DNA of 64,000 nt from Candidatus Hermodarchaeota archaeon (lineage in GTDB: Archaea > Asgardarchaeota > Hermodarchaeia > Hermodarchaeales > Hermodarchaeaceae): contig JAEOTB010000037.1 of NCBI GenBank assembly GCA_016840065.1, positions 67,886 to 131,885 on the forward strand, written 5' to 3'. Position numbers and translations under genes: made by a program. This document shows positions 18,681-30,500 of this stretch, piece after piece; position 1 is the first letter of the stretch, and each line of letters begins with the position of its first letter. The notes under the pieces are model-generated. The model was not told where the DNA came from and made no database searches. It worked only from the letters and a program-made list of their open reading frames with translations.

Positions 18681-21551
18681 GTGTCATATGTTGAATCATT
18701 GCAGGATGTGTTGAAGCGAAAGAATAAGACATTGTGGAAGCGTTTGGAGGGTATCCGAGAGAAGGCGGAAGCGGTCCTCCAGTATGTTCATGGACAATTC
18801 CCATATTATACACCACACGGCATCCACCACAGTTTGGCTGTTGAAGAGATCCTTAATTGGTTGGTACTCGACGAAGTCAAGGACAAGATGGCAGCGGAAG
18901 AGCTTTTTTTTCTTATTGTAGCAGCTTGGCTACATGATTGGGGTATGGTTAAGGCCCAGGATGAGCCGCTCACACCTGAAGAGGTACGAAATCAGCATCA
19001 TCTACGAACTGAGATGTTTCTCGAACAACTACACACAAAAGTTGGATTAGAACTACGTGAAGCTGAGATTGTGGGGCGTATCTGCCGTGGTCATCGACTT
19101 CGGGAGAAATTAGATACTCCGCTCTATGGGGATTTGGATTTTGGGAGTAACATCTTAATTCGTCGCCGTTTTTTAGCTTCATTACTGCGATTAGCTGATG
19201 CCTGTGATGTAACACACAGCCGTCTACCAGAGATAATCTATTTCAATATCAGCCCTCAGGGACTTACAGAAGACCATTTCAAGAGGCATCTAACTATCTA
19301 TGGTGTGGGTCGAGTTCCAGATGCGCCGCACAAACTTCGTATTAGTGGAGTTGCTCGTGAACCTCGAGGGGCAGCAACTATAGAAGAGATACGCGTTCAT
19401 ATTCAAACAGAACTTGATAGTGTCAAAGGGTTCCTCGGTCAGCACGGTATTGTGCTCGATGTGGTGGCTGCACAGGTAGATGCCCGAGGGTTCATCAATG
19501 AACCAATACGTTTCGCCCTAGCTTCGGAACGTATTCTTGATTTACTCATTGGTCGAACATTATATGAGAGGGAAGATGTAGCAATACGGGAACTCTTACA
19601 GAATGCTATTGACGCCTGCTACGCTCGTGTAGCTAGTGACCCTAAATTTAGTGTTGAAAATGCACGTATCGAAATCGCAGTAAATCAGTCTCGCGTTGTA
19701 ATAGAAGATAATGGAATTGGGATGACTTTCGATTGGGCAACTAAATATCTCGCACAGATAGGGATAAGTTTCTATGCTTCTGAAGCATTTGAACAACTTG
19801 TTCAAGACAAATACGATCCTATCAGCAAATTCGGTCTAGGAATTCTTTCATGTTTTCTCCTTGGTAATGAATTAACGATAGAAACTAAAAGAGAAGGGTC
19901 AGAGCCTTGCAGGTTTATCATCCGTAACCTCCAAGAAGGTTGGCTGTATCAACGTGGAACACGAACAACCCCTGGTACACAAATCACACTAGAGCTTAAA
20001 CCCTCAATCAATGTTGATCTTGATATATCAATTCTCCATTATGCTCGCTGTGTAGATATCCCTATTTTTCTTAATGGAGAAGCTTTGACACATAACTGGG
20101 GGATGCAGTCCCTCGAATTTATTGAATATTTATCCAAAGAGGAATCCCAAGAAGAGTCTAGAACATATACATTTCAAACGCCATCATTCGACTGCACTTT
20201 AGTCGAGATTGATGCAACAATAGATGGAAAACCTGCAATCCTTATAGCGAATCGAGGTATTTTTGTCGAGCTTTGGAACGGAACTGCCAACAACATGCAA
20301 GTGCTCTTGGGTGGGGTCATTGGTTGGATTAACATAAAGAAGAGCGATATTGTTGAACTATCTGTTTCTCGCGACCGTATCATTTCTATGATACCCATCA
20401 TTGTTGAACTCGTAAAACTAGCAGCAAAAGACTGGGTTTCTCGGTGGAAAAGAAAATTACCTCCTCGTGGTTTAGAAGAAATTAGTTACTTTCTAGAAAA
20501 CGAGTTGGAAGAATCAGCCTTATCGCTCTTTTTCTGGGAAGAACTTCAGCTTGTGGTACGCCCTGAACAGCTTATGTGTCCCGAATTCAGTAAGTGGATG
20601 GACTATGTAGAACCTCGCATCGATTGCACTACCAGTCCACTTGCTCTATTAGGAGAAAAGGCGTTTAGGAAAGCTGTTGGGAATGAACCATACACGGTTG
20701 TGCTAGTCCCTGAATTTGCTCCTTTGTCAAGGTCGAGAGCCGATTTGAAATCATTTCGTAGAACTGTTTGGGATGAATCTTATCTGATTAGAAGGATAAC
20801 AGGGCCTGATATTCAGATTACAGATTTGTCAAAAAAGGAGTTGTTAACTGGTGTAATTCAAATCCTTGGAATGCTCCCAGAACAGAAGCGCAAACAAATG
20901 GGACATATTTCCCTACAATTATCTGGAGATATCCCGAAGCCTCCGAGTGAAATTAGTATTGCGGAAATTGTTTCGAGCGTTCTCGATGAATGTGTAGCAG
21001 GCAAAGCCCTACCAGACTGTATGGCTCCTTCATGGGTTTTATTCGGCGATTACCCCGAAATATTTCATGTAATAGCACCAAGTGAGATAATAATTCAGAC
21101 ACGCCCATTGGTGATTCAGATTGGTGACCATACAATCTGTGAAGTTGGTAATGCTAGGATAAAATGTGACCGTGCATACTTGGACTACGATGGAAGGAAG
21201 ATTTCAGAAATTACCGCCCCCTACAGGGCAAAACAGATTGCTGGAGATTGGTTGGCTTGCGAATTACTTCCCTCAACAAGCTTCTTAAGAAAGGAACGAC
21301 TTGACCGGTGGAAGGCTTTCAAACGCTATGTCACAGAGAAATCCTCCAGTGAACCTAAAGTTGTACCCCCGATATTTCTCCTAGACCAGGGGAGGAAAAT
21401 CTTCTCACAACTTTGGGAAAAAAGAGATGAATTAGCTGCTCACGCTCATAATGGAGCGCTTGCGAGACTTTGGTTAGCAGGCTTCATCCTCCACGAGTTC
21501 GGTTCTCAAGTACCCATCGAAAGAGAAATTCTGAGTTTCTTCTTAGATTGA
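18681..21551 (+). CDS. HD-domain (HD-CE type) + HSP90-like GHKL ATPase fusion, putative conflict/defence protein
   Basis: HD motifs YTPHGIHHS, WLHDWGM, ICRGH, LRLADACD. GHKL motifs RELLQNAIDA, DNGIGM, SKFGLG, GTQI. Confidence 0.85.
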   Translation: MSYVESLQDVLKRKNKTLWKRLEGIREKAEAVLQYVHGQFPYYTPHGIHHSLAVEEILNWLVLDEVKDKMAAEELFFLIVAAWLHDWGMVKAQDEPLTPEEVRNQHHLRTEMFLEQLHTKVGLELREAEIVGRICRGHRLREKLDTPLYGDLDFGSNILIRRRFLASLLRLADACDVTHSRLPEIIYFNISPQGLTEDHFKRHLTIYGVGRVPDAPHKLRISGVAREPRGAATIEEIRVHIQTELDSVKGFLGQHGIVLDVVAAQVDARGFINEPIRFALASERILDLLIGRTLYEREDVAIRELLQNAIDACYARVASDPKFSVENARIEIAVNQSRVVIEDNGIGMTFDWATKYLAQIGISFYASEAFEQLVQDKYDPISKFGLGILSCFLLGNELTIETKREGSEPCRFIIRNLQEGWLYQRGTRTTPGTQITLELKPSINVDLDISILHYARCVDIPIFLNGEALTHNWGMQSLEFIEYLSKEESQEESRTYTFQTPSFDCTLVEIDATIDGKPAILIANRGIFVELWNGTANNMQVLLGGVIGWINIKKSDIVELSVSRDRIISMIPIIVELVKLAAKDWVSRWKRKLPPRGLEEISYFLENELEESALSLFFWEELQLVVRPEQLMCPEFSKWMDYVEPRIDCTTSPLALLGEKAFRKAVGNEPYTVVLVPEFAPLSRSRADLKSFRRTVWDESYLIRRITGPDIQITDLSKKELLTGVIQILGMLPEQKRKQMGHISLQLSGDIPKPPSEISIAEIVSSVLDECVAGKALPDCMAPSWVLFGDYPEIFHVIAPSEIIIQTRPLVIQIGDHTICEVGNARIKCDRAYLDYDGRKISEITAPYRAKQIAGDWLACELLPSTSFLRKERLDRWKAFKRYVTEKSSSEPKVVPPIFLLDQGRKIFSQLWEKRDELAAHAHNGALARLWLAGFILHEFGSQVPIEREILSFFLD

Positions 21552-21682
21552 GTTCTTTTGAAGCTATACTGCCTGTTTGTCACTAGATATTCTACAGATA
21601 CCAATCATTGGATTTTTTGATGATCAAAAGAATTCTGTTTCCTTATTTTTGGCTTGGAGATGATTAGTTATCAAGCGACGAG

Positions 21683-21696
21683 AACTCTTTTGGCAA
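21683..21696 (+). repeat. Right copy of 14-bp direct repeat AACTCTTTTGGCAA
   Basis: Exact match to 7964-7977. Confidence 0.7.
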
Positions 21697-21725
21697 TAAG
21701 CCTAGCTTTGAGAAGGGGAGGTGTT

Positions 21726-22373
21726 TTAGCGCGCTGAGAGAGCCATGCGTTCCTTTTCTTCGCGGCGTCGCATTGCGCTGCTTCTGGAGTCGCCTGTTGA
21801 GGCAGCAATTAACTCGTCGGCAACAATTTCCTCTACTGGGGTTAAGGTTCCGAAGCATTTGCTCCAGACCGCTTCGGCTAGGAAACGAAGCGCCAAGTCT
21901 ATTCGGCGGAGCGGTGCTACATCACAGGCAGTATGATAGCTGATTCCGCCATAACTGATGCGTGTTGTCTCCTCTCTTGGTGCTGCATTTTCTATTGCTT
22001 GAACAAGGATTTGGATTGGATTTTTACCTGTACGTAGATGGATGATTTCGAAGGCGCTTTGGACGATGAGTATAGCGTGGCTTTTCTTACCCGCGATTAG
22101 TCCTGCGTTGCGGCTTCCTGCGCTGCGGCGACGTGCCCAACCAGGAGTCATGAGCCGGTTTATGAAGCGTTCAACGATTGGGACATGTTGTTTGCCAAAT
22201 CGACGACGTTCATGTCGACCATGAGTGTGAGGAACAATGACTGGGCGCAAGCAGATGTATTTAGCAAGGGCAGGATCACTTTTTTCTATGCTACTTGTAC
22301 CCCATCTATCAAATAGCTTTATTTCTGCGGAGGTGGACTCTTCGGATGGTTCGGACGTGGGATCTGTGGACAT
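21726..22373 (-). CDS. rps7: 30S ribosomal protein uS7
   Basis: IKLFDRW, PHTHGRH, NPIQILVQAIENAAPREE, ERMALSAR. Confidence 0.97.
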   Translation of the reverse strand: MSTDPTSEPSEESTSAEIKLFDRWGTSSIEKSDPALAKYICLRPVIVPHTHGRHERRRFGKQHVPIVERFINRLMTPGWARRRSAGSRNAGLIAGKKSHAILIVQSAFEIIHLRTGKNPIQILVQAIENAAPREETTRISYGGISYHTACDVAPLRRIDLALRFLAEAVWSKCFGTLTPVEEIVADELIAASTGDSRSSAMRRREEKERMALSAR

Positions 22374-22390
22374 GTGATTTCAGCACCTCG

Positions 22391-22834
22391 TTAACGTTGG
22401 GGTTTTTCGACCTTGCCAATAATCATTGCTTCTAAGGAAGCACCATTGCACTTTATTACTTTCCAACGAACTCCAGGAAGGTCACCAGAAGCCCGGCCTC
22501 GGGCGCCGCCGATGCCTTCGATGATTACTTCGTCGTGTTCGTCAACATAATTGAGTGCGCCGTCGCCTGGTAGGAAGGCTGTGATTTGGCGACCGTTACG
22601 GACGAGTTGGACACGAACACATTTACGGATGGCTGAGTTGGGTTGTTTGGATTCAATTCCAACCTTTTCGAGAACAATGGCGCGGGCTTGTGGGCATCCC
22701 TCGAGAGGGTCAGCGCTGACATCTAGGCGTAGCATTCGTCGCTTGTAGTAGCGTTCTTTCCAGCGAAACTTCTTCCGTTTCTTTCGAAGTTTACGACCAG
22801 CAAATTCACCTTTGGGGGCTTTTGAGCCTGGCAT
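22391..22834 (-). CDS. rps12: 30S ribosomal protein uS12
   Basis: [25 protein letters not shown]. Confidence 0.98.
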   Translation of the reverse strand: MPGSKAPKGEFAGRKLRKKRKKFRWKERYYKRRMLRLDVSADPLEGCPQARAIVLEKVGIESKQPNSAIRKCVRVQLVRNGRQITAFLPGDGALNYVDEHDEVIIEGIGGARGRASGDLPGVRWKVIKCNGASLEAMIIGKVEKPQR

Positions 22835-22922
22835 ATTCTCTTTACCTCAATTGTTTTGGGCGCTGGCGATTTCGTAGAAGGCTATAAAACTCTTGCTATA
22901 TTATCTTGAATTCAGACGCCCT

Positions 22923-23369
22923 CTATGCGATGGCGATTGTGTCAACACCGTGATGTCGTTTTGCTAAGATGCGAGCGCGCCCTATATTTCGTCCATTGCG
23001 ACCGATTACGCGACCACGCTGTTCAGCACTCACAGTTATGACTGCGACCCTTCTGCCACTGGGCTGTTCCTGAACCTTCACCGCTTTAACTTGCGCAGGT
23101 GCAAGTGCGTTTCGTATGAGTTCCTCTGGAGTTCCAGCTGCCTCCACAACATCAACATCCCGCTTCATTATTGTACGGACTCGTTTTATTGTGGCACCAC
23201 GACGACCTATTGCGAGACCAAGGTGACCAGGAGATACCACAAATATAATGCGATCACCCTCTTGGTCGATAACACAGTCTCTAACTTCGGCTCCGGTTAT
23301 GTCGCCAAAGAGGGCTATCAGCTTCATTTCTTCCATATTAAATTTGATTGATGTTGAGGAAGATGTCAC
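22923..23369 (-). CDS. nusA: Archaeal NusA (KH domains)
   Basis: GLAIGRRG and VIGRNGRNI KH motifs. Conserved position in the operon. Confidence 0.95.
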   Translation of the reverse strand: MTSSSTSIKFNMEEMKLIALFGDITGAEVRDCVIDQEGDRIIFVVSPGHLGLAIGRRGATIKRVRTIMKRDVDVVEAAGTPEELIRNALAPAQVKAVKVQEQPSGRRVAVITVSAEQRGRVIGRNGRNIGRARILAKRHHGVDTIAIA

Positions 23370-23371
23370 TA

Positions 23372-23674
23372 CTAGTCCGCTCCAGTTAGGATGCTGATAT
23401 CTGCATCACCAGGCTCAAGTACTGTAAGAGTGGTTACCATGTGGGGGCGTCCGCAGAGCTGCCCAAGATCCCAACTATTGCTTCTATAGTGATGGATAGG
23501 TACTTGGTTAATACTCGCTAGACTACTTATTCTCTCCACAACTTCAGATTGTGTATTACCCGCGAGGATTATCACCCGTGGAGAACCCACACGAAGTAGG
23601 TGCAAAGCTCTGCGTGTACCAAGAACTGTTCTTCCTGATTTTACTGATAATCGAATAGCTGTTTCTGCGTCCAT
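23372..23674 (-). CDS. rpl30e: 50S ribosomal protein eL30
   Basis: SGRTVLG, DLGQLCGRPH, EPGDADI. Conserved position in the operon. Confidence 0.94.
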   Translation of the reverse strand: MDAETAIRLSVKSGRTVLGTRRALHLLRVGSPRVIILAGNTQSEVVERISSLASINQVPIHHYRSNSWDLGQLCGRPHMVTTLTVLEPGDADISILTGAD

Positions 23675-23701
23675 AAGATTTCACATCTCACCATACTGTT
23701 T

Positions 23702-24901
<1,200 letters not shown>

Positions 24902-27550
24902 CTACCTCTTTTGGCTTAGGACGCGTTCGATAATAGCGGCGAGGTTTACGGCTTTCCCATGGTCGCTTCGAGCAGGGTCCACACCATCCTCTCCATACCT
25001 AAACTGGATGATAGTACCTTCCGAGTTTCGGACTGTTTCGTCATATTCGACCTTGATGTTCTGGAGTGCATTGATAAGGCGTCGCTGCATATAACCGCTA
25101 GTACTTGTTCTAACAGCTGTATCTACCAGTCCTTCCCGACCACCCATCGCATGAAAGAAAAATTCTACTGGGTCGAGTCCTCTACGGTAGCTTGATTCAA
25201 CGAAGCCACGGGCTTGGGGGCTTAGGTCGCCTGATTTGAAGTGTGGTAGTGTTCGTCCACGGTAGCCTCGAGAGATTCTTTTTCCACGTACTGCTTGCTG
25301 ACCTACGCAAGCTGCCATTTGGGCAAGGTTGAGCGCGTTTCCTTTGGCACCTGTTGATGTCATTATTACTGCGTGCTTGTCTAGTCCTAGTTCCTGACCT
25401 GCCACTGCTCCTGCCCCATCCCGCGCCTTGGACAAGAGTTCCATCATTAGATTCTCAAAGGTCTCCTCTAGTGATAAACCAGGTGTTCTTTGTAGTTCAT
25501 TTGCTCTAAAGGCTTGAATAAGTTTTAGCCCGTTTTCTTCTGCTTCTTTCAGGATGTCTTCAATTCGTCGGACAGCAGCAGATTCGAGAGTGACGTCGTC
25601 GATCCCCATGCTGAAACCGCTGTTAGTGATCAAGGTTACTAATAAGGGACACATCGAATCAAGAAACCGGCGAGCCTCACTGTTGCTATAGTCTTTGACA
25701 ATTCGGTGCAGTACGCTATTAGGTTGAGCTGCACCAAAGGCTTTCTTGTCGATAACACCTGTAAGCAGCTGGCCATTCCTAATTAATACGAAACTGTCGT
25801 AGAGACACTCTTCCTCCTGGCAAACGTCGCATTTACGGCAAACACTTGCCTTCAGAGAGAGATTCAGTTCCTTGGGGAGCAACATACTGAAAATCTGCTT
25901 TCCAGTCCACATTGGCTCTGGCTTTGTAACAGAGGGCTTTGGTAGGTCTTCTCGGTATCCTGCTGAAGCAAGTAACTGACAGGTCTGCGCCTTAGTGAAG
26001 AGAGTCCCCTTCCTTGTTAATAAGTAGGCAGATGAGATGTAGTCCTGAATCCCACCGATGATTGGTCCTCCATACCGAGGGCTAAGAATCTGCTCTTGAA
26101 CAAGCATCAAGATACGTGATTCAGCACGAGCCTCCTCACCCTGAGGAACATGAAGGTTCATCTCATCTCCATCAAAATCAGCGTTATAGGGGGGGCAAAC
26201 GCAAAGACTTAGCCTGAATGTTCGGTAAGGCATCACCTTTACTTCATGAGCCATGATTGACATTCTGTGTAGTGATGGTTGTCGATTAAATAGAACAATG
26301 TCCCCAGTGCGAAGATGGCGTTCAATGATGTGTCCAGCATCAAGCCCATCTGCATTTGTTTTTCGGTCTTTAACAAATCGGAGGTCAATTCGTTTGCCAT
26401 CTGGGCGTATGATGTAGTTGCACCCAGGATGTTCTTTTGGCCCTCGTAACACTAGTTGGCGCATATCCTCAATATTCCATTCAGTAACACGTTCAGGTAC
26501 AGTCAGTATTTTTGATATCTCGAGCGGAACGCCAACTTCATTGATAGAAAGGTTGGGATCGGGGGATATGACTGTACGGGCTGAGAAGTCTACCCTCTTA
26601 CCAGAGAGGTTGCTTCGGAACCGCCCCTCTTTACCTTTTAGGCGTTGAGCAAGTGTACGGAGTGCTCGACCAGACCTATGACGAGCGGGAGGAATCCCCG
26701 AGACCTCGTTATTGAAGTAAGTAGTAATGTGATACTGGAGGAGTTCCCATAGGTCTTCGACGATTAGTTGCGGTGCACCTGCTTCAATGTTTTCCCGGAG
26801 CCTCTGGTTAATGCGTATTACGTCGACTAGTTTATGTGTTAGGTCATCCTCGGATTTGACTCCTGATTCAAGTGTAATGGAGGGTCGAACTGCCACAGGG
26901 GGTACAGGTAGTACAACGAGAATCATCCACTCGGGACGTGATACACGAGTGTCTATTCCCATCAGGTAGCTATCTCCTTCTGGAATCCGCTCTAGCCGGT
27001 CGCGAATATCTGTTGGTGTTAGCCGCACACTGCCCTCCATTTTTTCTTCGTAGAAGGTCGTTGGTTTCTCATACTTGACCTTATATTGTTCTGCTTCGCA
27101 GTGTGGACATGCTTTTGGTTTAGCTGCATCTTTAAGTACCGCATCAGCCAAATCTTGGTCTAATTGACCCGTTTTTTCGAAGATTTCATCCATTTTTTGC
27201 TTATAGACAGGAAACAGCTCTAGCTTGAGCTTCAATCTAGCGCAACGTCTGCAGACCGATTTGAGGAATTTCTTGATTAACTTAGCAAAGCTTACATGCA
27301 TGACTGGACGTGATAATTCGATGTGACCGAAGTGTCCTGGACAGTCTCCTACACGATTTCCACATGTGCTACAACGTTGCCCAGGCTCAATTGTTCCGAG
27401 CTTACGATCCATAAGACCAGAGGAAATTGGGAGCCCGTCCTCGTCGTATGTATCGGCTGTCACGATTTGTGTGACACTCATCTTGCGGATAATTTCTGGT
27501 GCAAGGAGTCCAAACCAAATGCTTCCTATTTTTTTCAATCGGTATGATAT
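24902..27550 (-). CDS. rpoA1: RNA polymerase subunit A' (Rpo1N); start is either ATA 27550 or TTG 27538
   Basis: CPGHFGHIEL, catalytic NADFDGD, FNRQPSLH. Confidence 0.98.
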   Translation of the reverse strand: MSYRLKKIGSIWFGLLAPEIIRKMSVTQIVTADTYDEDGLPISSGLMDRKLGTIEPGQRCSTCGNRVGDCPGHFGHIELSRPVMHVSFAKLIKKFLKSVCRRCARLKLKLELFPVYKQKMDEIFEKTGQLDQDLADAVLKDAAKPKACPHCEAEQYKVKYEKPTTFYEEKMEGSVRLTPTDIRDRLERIPEGDSYLMGIDTRVSRPEWMILVVLPVPPVAVRPSITLESGVKSEDDLTHKLVDVIRINQRLRENIEAGAPQLIVEDLWELLQYHITTYFNNEVSGIPPARHRSGRALRTLAQRLKGKEGRFRSNLSGKRVDFSARTVISPDPNLSINEVGVPLEISKILTVPERVTEWNIEDMRQLVLRGPKEHPGCNYIIRPDGKRIDLRFVKDRKTNADGLDAGHIIERHLRTGDIVLFNRQPSLHRMSIMAHEVKVMPYRTFRLSLCVCPPYNADFDGDEMNLHVPQGEEARAESRILMLVQEQILSPRYGGPIIGGIQDYISSAYLLTRKGTLFTKAQTCQLLASAGYREDLPKPSVTKPEPMWTGKQIFSMLLPKELNLSLKASVCRKCDVCQEEECLYDSFVLIRNGQLLTGVIDKKAFGAAQPNSVLHRIVKDYSNSEARRFLDSMCPLLVTLITNSGFSMGIDDVTLESAAVRRIEDILKEAEENGLKLIQAFRANELQRTPGLSLEETFENLMMELLSKARDGAGAVAGQELGLDKHAVIMTSTGAKGNALNLAQMAACVGQQAVRGKRISRGYRGRTLPHFKSGDLSPQARGFVESSYRRGLDPVEFFFHAMGGREGLVDTAVRTSTSGYMQRRLINALQNIKVEYDETVRNSEGTIIQFRYGEDGVDPARSDHGKAVNLAAIIERVLSQKR

Positions 27551-27564
27551 TTTCTATTCCTCCT

Positions 27565-30500
27565 TCAAGTCCTATCAGCGAGTTTTAGCCTGGGCCATAT
27601 CCCTAGGGAAATCAGTTCTTGCAGTACAAGTTTGAAGGCGTATGATATATTTACCTTACTTATTGCTGTGGTCCTAGGTGAGCAGACTGGACAACGGTGG
27701 CGGTCGCGGTTTCGATCATATTCTGCGAGCATTCCACACCCTTCACATACTGATGCAGTGTACTTGTCAGATTCCTCTAGGAGACGTTCTCGGAGGAGAA
27801 GTGCAGCTCCGTGCCCAATAAGGCAGTCGCGCTCCATTTCGCCGAATCTGAGTCCTCCTTCCCTAGCTCGGCCCTCTGTTGGTTGTCGTGTAAGAATCTG
27901 TACGGGACCTCGTGCTCTAGCATGCATCTTATCAGCAACTAGGTGATGAAGTTTTTGATAGTAGATGACACCAATGAACAAGTCTACTTCATATTTTTGC
28001 CCTGTAATTCCATTGTACATAGTCTCTCGTCCGCTGTATTTGAAGCCTAGCTCGCGCATCTCTTTGAATAATTCTTGAACCTTAATCCCTGAAAACGGAG
28101 TGCCATCTATCTTTTCACCCTTAAGGCAACCGATTTTCCCTCCAATAGATTCGAGGATTTGACCTAGCGTCATACGACTCGGGAAAGCATGAGCGTTAAC
28201 AACAAGATCAGGAACCACTCCAGATTCAGTGAAAGGCATGTCCTCCTGGGGTGCTAGGAGCCCGATGACACCCTTTTGACCGTGACGGCTAGCAAATTTA
28301 TCTCCTAACTCTGGTATCCTCTCGTCTCGAACTTTTACCTTCACCAGACGATTGCCATCGATGTTCTCAGTGAAAACAACCTTGTCAATAGTTCCTCTTT
28401 CGCCGTGTCGAAGGCTGACTGATGTTTCTCGCCTCTTAGGTCCAGGTACTTCTAGTTCTGTGTACTCCTCAAGGAATCTAGGTGGGCTTGTCCGACCTAT
28501 GACTATCTCGCCCCCCTTGATTTGGAATTCTGGCTCAATAATACCATCCTCACTCAGTAGACGATAGGATTCAGCGGCTCGATATCCACGAACCTCCTTA
28601 CTCGGAATCTCAAATTTATCCTCTTGCCCACCGGGATATTTACGCTCCTCGGCATCATAGCATCTAAAGAATGTTGATCGGCAAATACCCCTTTCAACGG
28701 AGGCTTTGTTCATAACTAAAGCATCTTCAATGTTATAACCCTCAAAGCTATGGATTGCTACAACGAGGTTTTGCCCTGCAGGGCGCCGGTCAAAGCCTAT
28801 TACCTCCATAGGTCGAGTGGTTACAATTGGACTCTGAACATAGTGAAGCAGATGGCTGCGCGTGTCAACCCGAAGCATAAAATTGGCGGAGTAAAGACCC
28901 AAAGCCTGTTTAGCCATACCTGCTTCGTAGGTATTTCTTGGGGACTGATTATGCTCAGCAAAAGGAACTAGACTCGCACAGATTCCTAACACGGCTTCAG
29001 GCACAAGTTCAAGGTGGGTATGATCTTCAGTGACGTCTTCTGGATTCATAGCAATTAGTGAATTCTCCTCTTCTTCAGCGTCTAGATACTCAAGGATGCC
29101 TGCTCTTACAAGATCATCCCAACTTAATTCTCGGTTACGAATTCTTTCCACATATTGCTTCTCCAGTAATGAAACGCCATCTTTCACTACGATGAGTGGT
29201 CGTCTTACACGACCTGCATCACAATTTACTTGAACCTCTTGTGTATCAGCGTAATAAGCGACATTCACTTCATCACTTAGTTCACCCCTTCGCCGCCGAT
29301 CGCGAAGCCGGGTGACTAGGAGTTCAGGGTTAGCATGAACCCCTATGAATCGACCATTCAAATAGACGTAGATACCTTTGCGGTCCTCCAAAGATGTGCC
29401 TTCTAGAGGTGATAGCTTCAGGGAGAGCAAAGCTTCCTCCACATCAGCTACATCTGAGCCCACAGAGATATACGCCATAAGTGCCAAGTTTTTCACTAGC
29501 CCACAATTTGGCCCCTCAGGAGTTTCTGCCGGACAAATTTTCCCCCAATGCGTCGGATGCAGGTCACGTGCTTCGAAATGTGGTTGGCTGCGGCTTAAAG
29601 GCGAAACAACGCGTCGTAGATGGCTTATTGATGACATGTAGTTAACTCTGTCGAGAAGTTGGCTGACTCCGGCTTTGCCACCAACCCAGTTTCCTGTTGC
29701 TAGGGCGTGACGTAATCTCTCTGTGATTACATCAGCTCGTACTGCAGTTTTGATTACGGGTTTGCGGCCCCTTGTCGCTGTACGTTCAAGCTGGTATTTG
29801 ATATCTCGGCAGAGATTGAGGAATGCAACACGGAAGAGGCTGGTGAGCAAATCTCCTGCTAGTTTAAGCCGCTTGTTTGCATAGTGGTCTTTATCGTCCT
29901 CTGCTCGCTTGTCCAAGGATAACTCGATGAGGCGTTGAGCCATTTGCCCCAAGTAGTGAGCCTTAGCTATCCCTGAACTTGATTCAGTACCGATATGTGG
30001 AAGTAGATATCTATTCAGAACCTGACCCGCTCGTCTTAGACGATAGTCCTTAGTTTGCCCAACCGCCACACGTTTTCCAATGTAGTCCAGTGCACTTTCA
30101 CGTGTCGCCTCTGAATCACTCGGGATGACTAGAGATTCAGCGGCGTGAAAACTGGGAATCATCTCTTGCTGAATCGCCGGCTCATCACTTACTGCACCAG
30201 CTATCTCTCGATCAGTCACCAGACCAAGAGCACGCATTAAAACAACAAGAGGTATCTTTCCTGGGACCGAGGGAAATGATACTCGGAAGGTGTGATCAGT
30301 GCGCCGCTCCATGGTTACGGGAGCTCGGAATCCTCTAGCAGTTGAGAAGACTTTTGTCATGTGTGTGCAGGAGCTACTGCTTGTCGCTTCCTCGATTAGG
30401 ATACGATTTGGCGCCAAATCTTCTTGGGTGACTAGCACCCGCTCAGATCCGTTAATCACGAAGTAGCCACCCGGGTCGTTCGGATCCTCACCAGCCTGAA

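Larger units (their letters stand above)
7964..21696. mobile_element. Genomic island inserted between rps7 and tuf, bounded by a 14-bp direct repeat; no integrase seen
   Basis: AACTCTTTTGGCAA at 7964-7977 and 21683-21696. Three accessory genes interrupt the conserved rps7-tuf-rps10 order. Confidence 0.6.

Noticed and set aside
22090-22150. Extra residues in uS7 (WARRRSAGSRNAGL) as an in-frame intron
   Set aside because: No BHB geometry, and this loop varies in length among archaeal uS7 proteins.
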